In this document: one piece after another, positions 1-8,212 of the stretch
Position numbering within the stretch: the stretch's first letter is position 1
How the letters are laid out: every line of letters starts with the position of its first letter
Assembly (NCBI GenBank): GCA_016748015.1
Contig: JAAOMT010000519.1
Location: forward strand, 123,698-138,516
Direction of reading: 5' to 3'
DNA length: 14,819 nucleotides
DNA from: Geosiphon pyriformis uo1
Lineage: Eukaryota > Fungi > Glomeromycota
The notes under the pieces: model-generated
Databases searched by the model: none
What the model was told of the DNA's origin: nothing
The model's input: only the letters and a program-made list of their open reading frames with translations
Position numbers and translations under genes: made by a program

Positions 1-54
1 TCTTTACTATACAAAATATTTGAAGTTTGATAATCCATTTTATTGCTTAAAATC

Positions 55-1735
55 ATGTCTTCAACTTCATCAATTGAAAACGTAAATTCACCCATTAACT
101 GGGTTGAAGGGGCATTGATTGTTATCAAAGAAAGTGGTCTGAAAAATTCTTATTCAAAAGTTGTCGAATTCGTGAAAAAATATCTTGAACAAAATCAGAA
201 AACAGCTAAAGATTTATTCGAGTGCTTGAATAATAAAAATTCAAAGCGTTCAATAGACCATGTTTTGATTGGCTTTTCTTTAGAACATGGGATTGGAACT
301 ATCCCCAATCCAATAAAAGCATTTATAGAATTTCAGAAAGCAGCGAATGCAAAAGATTCTTTTGGACAATTCTTTTTAGGTCGTTGTTATGAAAATGGAT
401 CGGGAACAAAGAAAAACTTGGAAAAAGCATTTCAACTCTATTCAAAAGCAGCAGAGGCGGGTAATACAAATGCACAAGTCAATCTTGGAGTTTGTTATCA
501 AAATGGATTGGGAACAACAAAAAAATTGGAAAAACGATTTCAACTCTATTCAAAAGCAGCAGAGGCGGGTAATACAAATGCGCAATTCAATCTTGGAGTT
601 TGTTATCAAAATGGAGAAGGAACAACGAAAAAATTGGAAAAAGCATTTCAACTCTATTCAAAAGCAGCAGAGGCGGGTAATACAAATGCACAAGTCAATC
701 TTGGAGTTTGTTATCAAAATGGATTGGGAACAACGAAAAACTTGGAAAAAGCATTTCAACTCTATTCAAAAGCAGCAGAGGCGGGTAATACAAATGCACA
801 ATTCAATCTTGGAGTTTGTTATAAAAATGGATCGGGAACAACGAAAAACTTGGAAAAAGCATTTCAACTCTATTCAAAAGCAGCAGAGGCGGGTAATACA
901 AATGCACAAGTCAATCTTGGAGTTTGTTATCAAAATGGATCGGGAACAACGAAAAACTTGGAAAAAGCATTTCAACTCTATTCAAAAGCAGCAGAGGCGG
1001 GTAATACAAATGCACAATACAATCTTGGAGTTTGTTATCAAAATGGAGAAGGAACAACGAAAAACTTGGAAAAAGCATTTCAACTCTATTCAAAAGCAGC
1101 AGAGGCGGGTAATACAAAAGCACAATACAATCTTGGATTGTGTTATCAAAATGGATCGGGAACAACGAAAAACTTGGAAAAAGCATTTCAACTCTATTCA
1201 AAAGCAGTAGAGGCGGGAAGTTTAGTTGCACAAAACATACTTAGCACTTATTTTCCAAATGGGCTAGAAACAATGAATCATCTGGAAAAAGTAATAAATC
1301 TGAGTCCACAAAACAATATTGGAATGTATTATCGAAATGGATGGGGAACAGGGAAAAATCTCGCAGCAGCATTTGAATTCTATTTAAAAGCAACAAAGAT
1401 GGGAAATCAAAATGTACAATACAATCTTGGATGGTGCTATCAAAATGGATGGGGAACCACAAAAAATCTAGAAAAGGCATTTGAAATCTATTCGAAAGCA
1501 GGAGAGACAATTAACTTAATTTATCAAAGTGATTTTCCTGATTTGAATGCCCTTGACCTCACTGTACAGGATCAAAATGACCTAGAACGGTTCATTTTGC
1601 AATTTCAAATTCGAGGTTTAAAATACCAGCGTAATTCTAAAGGAGAGTTCTTGGATTTCGAAGCTTTTTTTGACCAGCTTTCAGATGAATTCAAGTGTCT
1701 TAAATGTGGTAACATGGGTATAATCATTGGTGGAT
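55..1735 (+). CDS. Sel1-repeat protein, 5' part (copy 1) of a Sel1 + CxxC + TKL kinase gene; runs into an N-gap
   Basis: ATG at 55 (MSSTSS...), open frame to the gap at 1736. About 11 Sel1-like units of the form AQxNLGxCYxNGxGTTKNLEKAFQLYSKAAEAG, then a linker and CLKC. The sequence at 1735 matches 2639, where the frame continues towards the kinase. Confidence 0.9.
355..1218 (+). repeat. Tandem array of eight near-identical 108-bp (36-aa) Sel1 coding repeats
   Basis: GAAAAAGCATTTCAACTCTATTCAAAAGCAG recurs at 108-bp spacing (one unit has CGA for GCA). Differences are concentrated in a few codons. Divergent units flank the array. Confidence 0.95.
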
Positions 1736-1755
1736 NNNNNNNNNNNNNNNNNNNN
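1736..1755. other. Assembly gap (20 N) between the two Sel1 copies
   Basis: Run of N. Confidence 1.
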
Positions 1756-2639
1756 GGAAAAAGCATTTCAACTCTATTCAAAAGCAGCAGAGGCGGGTAA
1801 TACAAAAGCACAATACAATCTTGGATGGTGTTATCAAAATGGATCGGGAACAACGAAAAACTTGGAAAAAGCATTTCAACTCTATTCAAAAGCAGCAGAG
1901 GCGGGTGATACAAATGCACAATACAATCTTGGAGTTTGTTATCTAAATGGAGAAGGAACAACGAAAAACTCGGAAAAAGCATTTCAACTCTATTCAAAAG
2001 CAGCAGAGGCGGGTAATACAAAAGCACAATACAATCTTGGATGGTGTTATCAAAATGGATCGGGAACAACGAAAAACTTGGAAAAAGCATTTCAACTCTA
2101 TTCAAAAGCAGTAGAGGCGGGAAGTTTAGTTGCACAAAACATACTTAGCACTTATTTTCCAAATGGGCTAGAAACAATGAATCATCTGGAAAAAGTAATA
2201 AATCTGAGTCCACAAAATAATATTGGAATGTATTATCGAAATGGATGGGGAACAAGGAAAAATCTCGCAGCAGCATTTGAATTCTATTTAAAAGCAACAA
2301 AGATGGGAAATCAAAATGTACAATACAATCTTGGATAGTGCTATCAAAATGGATGGGGAACCACAAAAAATTTAGAAAAGGCATTTGAAATTTATTCGAA
2401 AGCAGGAGAGACCATTAACTTAATTTATCAAAGTGATTTTCCTGATTTGAATTCCCTTGACCTCACTGTACAGGATCAAAATGACCTAGAACGGTTCATT
2501 TTGCAATTTCAAATTCGAGGTTTAAAATACCAGCGTAATTCTAAAGGAGAGTTCTTGGATTTCGAAGCTTTTTTTGACCAGCTTTCAGATGAATTCAAGT
2601 GTCTTAAATGTGGTAACATGGGTATAATCATTGGTGGAT
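1756..2639 (+). repeat. Second copy of 852-1735 (offset 904 bp), on the other side of a 20-N gap
   Basis: The non-array part (2123-2639 vs 1219-1735) differs at about 7 positions by eye. The three Sel1 units carry different variable codons. May be an allele or paralog placed in tandem by scaffolding. Confidence 0.9.
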
Positions 2640-2847
2640 CTCCTATATGTCCATTTTGTGATGCTGATAAAAGTAATGATAATGTTTTTGAAGCAGGCTT
2701 GCCGAAATGTCCAGAATGCTATCGCACATTAAAAGATCCACTTTGGTGTAAATCTTGTGAATCATCACGATTATCAAAAATGCAGGGAACATGGAACAGT
2801 GGAAATAATAATATTAATCATTATATAGAGCATACACAGTATATTTC

Positions 2848-3233
2848 NNNNNNNNNNNNNNNNNNNNNNNNNNNNNNNNNNNNNNNNNNNNNNNNNNNNN
2901 NNNNNNNNNNNNNNNNNNNNNNNNNNNNNNNNNNNNNNNNNNNNNNNNNNNNNNNNNNNNNNNNNNNNNNNNNNNNNNNNNNNNNNNNNNNNNNNNNNNN
3001 NNNNNNNNNNNNNNNNNNNNNNNNNNNNNNNNNNNNNNNNNNNNNNNNNNNNNNNNNNNNNNNNNNNNNNNNNNNNNNNNNNNNNNNNNNNNNNNNNNNN
3101 NNNNNNNNNNNNNNNNNNNNNNNNNNNNNNNNNNNNNNNNNNNNNNNNNNNNNNNNNNNNNNNNNNNNNNNNNNNNNNNNNNNNNNNNNNNNNNNNNNNN
3201 NNNNNNNNNNNNNNNNNNNNNNNNNNNNNNNNN
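2848..3233. other. Assembly gap hiding the kinase N-lobe and HRD residues
   Basis: Run of N between the pre-kinase HTQ motif and HPGNIL. Confidence 1.
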
Positions 3234-6200
3234 CATCCTGGAAATATTCTTGTTTTGAAAACAAACCCCTTAAAAGTTGTTATCGCCGACCTAGGATTCT
3301 GTCGTCCTGCCGATTACTCTCCACGGTCTTGTAATATTTATGGTGTTCTTGAGTATCTCGCACCTGAGATTTGCAAGGGAGCTTCTCATACTAAGTATAG
3401 CGATATATACAGCTTTGCTGTCATTTCCTGTGAAATCATTTCGGGAGAAAGACCTTTGCATAATACAGAACCTATTTATGTGCGATTTGATGTGATCGAT
3501 GGAAAGCGTCCTACAATCAAGAAACATACACCTCAATGTATTCAGGAAATGATTGAAAAAAATTGGCATTGTACCGTGACACCGCAGAAGAACTTCAACA
3601 AACCGTTATTGCTGCACGCGATAATTGTAAATTAAATCAACCTATCCGTGAAAAAGGCCTTAATTCTGAAGAGAGACAAGATGCTATTCGAGATACGGCA
3701 AGATATAGAAGCCGATTAATCCCAAACCCTGAATATTCTACAAAGGGTAGGCCTTTAATTTATTTTATTTAATATTTGGCACACTTTCTTGGTTTAACTA
3801 CCACCTTTTTAGAGTTCGATTTGGATTTAGGGATTAATTAAATAGCAATGATGGATTAATGCATGGTTTGTACGAAATCGATGATTTTAAATTCTAATTA
3901 AATTGAAAAAATCAGTAGTCGTTCTAATAATATATTAAACTTGGAACAGATGAAGAATTTGAGGGAGGTTTATTTATATAACTTAAAATGTACTATAGAC
4001 TATTATCTATAGTTTCATTTCATACCTATTTTAAAAGATGTTTAGCTTTATCTTAAGTCTGAAGATTGAGCGTTTCCTTCTCAAATGTACAAAATTTGAT
4101 TACATATTTTGAAAGCCTAAATAAGTATTTCAAATAAATAAAAATCACTTAAACCTAAAACGGTTATTTTCCTTTGATATGGAGTATGCTGTGACAAAAC
4201 TAGACAAAGTGAACATATGTGACGTTTTTGCAATGTAGACAGGTTTTGTTACTTCATGTTCACCTATAGTTCCGACTCTATTAACTCGTTGCCTAAATTT
4301 TTGTGCCTCTCTGGGATTTTGAGGTACAGTAAAATATCCAGGGTACTATGAATGATGAAGAGAAATGGATTTTAACAAAATACTATTTAAATTTGACCAA
4401 TAGCCAAACTTATTTTCGAACAAGAAATTTCACATTACATAATGAGTCCAATATTCGAAAGATAGAAATAAAATTATAGATACTAGTAATATATTTAAAA
4501 GCAAACTTTTTTAGGCTAAATCGGAAAATTACTAAAATTTTAATTAACATAAAACAATTATATGTAGCTGCTCTAAAATTTCATTTTGCTGCTATCTAAT
4601 TATTAAATTAAACTGAAGTTTGAAATATTATAAAAAAATTTATTAGCTTTTTATTAATTTTATAATAAGATATTTCTAAAATTCGGGAAAAACTAGATTA
4701 AAAGAATATAAACATTTTCTTGAAAAAAAAAACGATCATAAAAAGTAGCAAACTATTGTGAATTGGAACTACGTATCCATTCCATGAAAATATTCTGCTA
4801 AAATTTAGGATTTCTGTCCCAGTTACATTGCTTTAATTTTTATATATCATTCAAAGATAATTGGAGTTAAGAGGGTAAATATGAAGATACTGTAAAATAA
4901 TAATAATTATTAATCAATTAATTGATTTAATTTTAATTTTTAAATTAAAATTAGTTTTATCAAAAAGATGTTTATAAAATTTTTATATTTATTCCCAATA
5001 TGCGAATTTTAAATTTTCCTTTTTTTCTCTTTCTTTATTTTATTTCACGATTATTTTTTTATAAACTTTCATGCTATAGAATCTATTCAGAAGAATGCAG
5101 CCAATCGTATTTAGATCTCTAAATCAGATTCTTAATTATGTGTTTACTGCTTAAATAATCTTATGAAATTTTAAAAACAAGAAATAAGATTCTTTGCTGA
5201 TATTTTTCCAATTTTTTGTTATTTGTTGCTGCTGAAACTAGATTGAAAATTTAAAACTATTTTTTTTATTGTTTGAACTAAATTTTTTAATAAAAATATT
5301 TCCTTTCTATATCAAGCTTTTCTTTTAATGCTAGAAAAATCAATTAAATTACTAATTTCTTAATGGGCAAACATTAGTGTCTTTTCTAATTGCTCTTAAA
5401 CCATCTTCTGCACTCCATCTTTTATGATAAAAACTAAGAATTAGATTATCAGTACTCATCAATAATTTTAAAAATATTATAGTTGGAAGAAAAATTGAAT
5501 TTTATTAATTTATTCTTGTTTAAAATTTTTGGGAATTCTATTAAAGCCTAAATTTTAAACCAACAGAATTAAACGTAAGAAAATATTCTGTTATTTAGTC
5601 ATTCAGAAAAACATTTAAAAAAGATTTATATTAATAAAATTCTTTAAATTGAATATTATTTAATTTTATTCCACATTTATAAAATTCTTGAAATTCAAGG
5701 AATCAATAATCAACATAAGTATGATAGAATCAAGGATTCTAAATAAATAATGACATCTTTTTAAAATGGGCGAAAAAGTATTCAGTGCTATATAAATGTA
5801 TACGGCAATGTGAATTGGAAAGATTTGTTTTATAGGATATAAAAATATGAAAACAGCAATAATGAACTCTTTATTAAATATTATATTAAATATTATTTAT
5901 GTTGGCTAAAAGCGGCATGTAATTTATTATATACAAACAGTTATCAACATAACAATAAGTTTTGTTATTGGTTAAAACTTAATAGATAAGTAATTAAAAA
6001 TTTGTAAATATTAATTATCAAATTGTGGCAAAAATTAATAATAATCAAATTCAAAAAAGCCTTTAACTTTTTAATATTTATTGCACAATTTTTTTGGTTA
6101 ATTTATATATAATAATTTTCTTTAGTTCTTTGAAATGGCTTTATTGTTGATATCATAAAGTATTTATAAAAAATATGTTTTATAATAATTATAAAACAAA

Positions 6201-6309
6201 CAATAACAGTTAAATAAAATAAATTTTGCTTCTATCAATTTATCTATTATTGTAATGCTTTGGCAATATTTATTAATCACAAAAAATATACACCAATATT
6301 TAAAATCTA

Positions 6310-7230
6310 TATAAAGTAAAATGGTTTTGTAAAAACTGTCAAATTATTGTTTTTGGACATTTTTCATTTGAAATACTATTATAAGTTTTGGTGGTTTGCA
6401 AAATGAAAAGTAAAAATTCTTTGGGTATTATTATTATTATAAGTTTTATAAAAATTAAATTACACGGTAGGTTTGCGAAAATGCATTATTTACTAAAGAT
6501 GATTGTTTAAAAATTTTCACTTTTTTTGTTACTCACTAATTTTTTTTTAGCTAAATATTCAAAGAGCTATTTTCATCAATAGTAGACGTTTATCATATAT
6601 TTTTCAAAATTTAAATTGCACAAAACGTTAAAATAAATTACAGGGTTATAATAAAGTTTGCTAATATATAGGGAAATATTTATCACCAAGTTTTCATTCC
6701 AAGAATTGGGATAATGAGTTAAGGATGGCAAAAATTATTGCATTTAAACTTAATGGCCATCATTCTGCCAGCATGGTTTATTGTGACCTAAACTCTATAA
6801 GTCAACCCTAAGTATATAAAAATTTACGATCTTGGATTAAGTCAATCTGAATACTCTAAAATAGAGTGATACCATACATTACATTAGAAGTTTCAGGAGG
6901 AAATTTTTTTTACAAAGAAAGATGATATTTATAGTTTAAAGATTTTATTTTGGGAATTAGTAACAAGAAAACTTTTCTTTTCTAATTATTCTCATGACTA
7001 CTTTCTCGTGATGAATATTTTAAATTATAAAAGATCTGAAATTAACTCCCCATTCATTTCGCACTTTTATGATAAAGTGTTGACCCGCTGCCAAAGAAGT
7101 TGAAAAGAAATTGCATGAATTTATTGAGATATCTGATGAAAAGTCTAAAGTTTAGGGAGTCAGATAAGCTTGTAGGAGAAATGTTGAAAGCTGAAAAGAT
7201 AACAAAACCTTCAAAAAAATTTACAACAAA
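6310..7230 (+). pseudogene. Highly eroded TKL protein kinase relic
   Basis: Kinase subdomains appear in the correct order across shifting frames: WFCKNC (~6320), YLSPSFHSKNW (~6680), RMAKIIA..HSASMVYCDLNS (6722-6795, HRDLHS-like), IKIYDLGLSQ (DLG 6828-6836), VIPYITLEV (6866, PYIAPE-like), DDIYSLKILFWELVTRKLFFSNYSHD (6921-7000), KC*..PAAKEV (~7075). Boundaries are approximate. Confidence 0.85.
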
Positions 7231-7499
7231 AATTTTCCATTTTATTTATTTAATTTCATTTATATTTTAAATTAATATGTTAAATTTTTATTTCACTTTT
7301 TAAAAAATTCGTATCTTCCTGAAGATAATCAAAATTCTTTTTGATTTTTTTCCAAAAATTTAAATTTGACACGAAATTTTGTAAAATTTATTACTTAATT
7401 TATTTTTAATGTTATTATCACAAATCACTTAATAATTTTTGGCTTAATTTAACCCAAAAATTTTCTACTCATCATTTATTCCGAAATGGTCCAGAGCAG

Positions 7500-7884
7500 A
7501 AATATGAAAATCTACCAATTACTACGCCAATGCTAACGAAAGCTCAAAACCAAAACGTGTTAAATGCGCCCAATTTCACTTTCATGATAATAGGAATAAA
7601 ATCTTATTTTCTAATGAAACGGCATTTCAACTGTTCTCAACATCAAAAGATGGTACAAAAATTTTTTTCTCGTCATATTATGAATTCTAAGATTTATTTC
7701 GAAATTTTGCAACAGCATGTTGCGAAAGTCAATGGGATAATTGGGAAGAAATAGCGCTTTCAACAAAGCTAACAATCCCAAGCATAAAAGTTAAGTAACT
7801 AAGGTGTTTCTTGAGGAAAATGTGCCTAAAGTTATTGAGTAGCGGTCGTGTAGTCCGGATCTAAAGCATATTGAAAATCTGTAA
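7500..7884 (+). mobile_element. Degenerate Tc1/mariner (DDE) transposase fragment
   Basis: LPITTPMLT / KRVKCAQFH..NKILFSNETAFQLF (FSDET motif, D->N at 7613), MNSKIYFEILQQH, *RFQQ-NNPKHKS (WRFQQDNDPKH-like), E*RSCSPDLKHIENL* (DWPSNSPDLNPIENLW-like). Stops, frameshifts and an apparent internal deletion. No convincing TIRs found. Confidence 0.9.
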
Positions 7885-8212
7885 TTATTTAGCCAAAAAC
7901 TATGTTGAGGTTTTGTCATCTAAAATTTTAACGAGCCATCGTGATAAAGTTAATATTTCCAAATGCATAGCGAACTTTTCATATTCTAACTTTTGTTCCT
8001 CAGCTAGGTTTATCAAAAGATTAGACAATCAGGTTGAAAGTATACTGCAAGAAATGATTTGAAATTTTATTTTATCCCTCAAAATAAGCTTAAAAAATTG
8101 GTCTATCTCAAATTATCTTTGATAATATTAATTCTAAAAAGTAAAAGTTTCAAACTTAAAGAAAGTTTTAAAATAAATAAACTTATTCAAAATACCAGAT
8201 TTTTATAATCCC

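Larger units (their letters stand above)
1756..3841 (+). pseudogene. Sel1 + Cys-rich + tyrosine-kinase-like protein kinase, disrupted (copy 2)
   Basis: TGG->TAG at 2336-2338 (TGG at 1432-1434 in copy 1). The same frame continues to CLKC..CPFC..CPECYRTLKDPLWCKSC..WNSGN..IEHTQ. After the gap come HPGNIL (3234), IADLGF, YGVLEYLAPE, SDIYSF and GKRP. There is a frameshift at ~3570 (NWH / LYRDTAEEL). A predicted intron at 3747-3812 (GT...AG) gives a terminal TKEFDLDLGIN* with TAA at 3839-3841. Confidence 0.85.

Noticed and set aside
389-1210. 273-aa overlapping +1-frame ORF with MDREQRKTWKKHFNSIQKQ repeats
   Set aside because: Shadow frame: one stop-free 108-bp unit repeated gives a long ORF automatically. 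No independent evidence of coding.
355-1218. CRISPR-like or non-coding tandem array
   Set aside because: The period is exactly 36 codons, in frame, with no unique spacers, in a eukaryotic context.
911-2384. Minus-strand ORFs (911-1231, 1241-1510, 1605-2135, 2145-2384)
   Set aside because: Antisense shadows of the Sel1 repeats and their duplicate.
2780-2845. N-rich GTWNSGNNNINH as a RHIM or amyloid signalling motif
   Set aside because: It fits the ordinary WxSGN pre-kinase motif of this family, and there is no matching motif in the MLKL-like neighbour.
2814-3334. ORFs spanning the 2848-3233 gap
   Set aside because: Their length comes from N runs. The real kinase frame after the gap begins at 3234.
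5070-5460. Possible degenerate minus-strand coding remnant (RWSAEDGLRAIRKD...)
   Set aside because: Too short and too interrupted by stops to assign to any family.
7530-8062. ORFs 7530-7754 and 7871-8062 as standalone genes
   Set aside because: The first is a mixed-frame slice of the Tc1 relic. The second has no recognisable motif.
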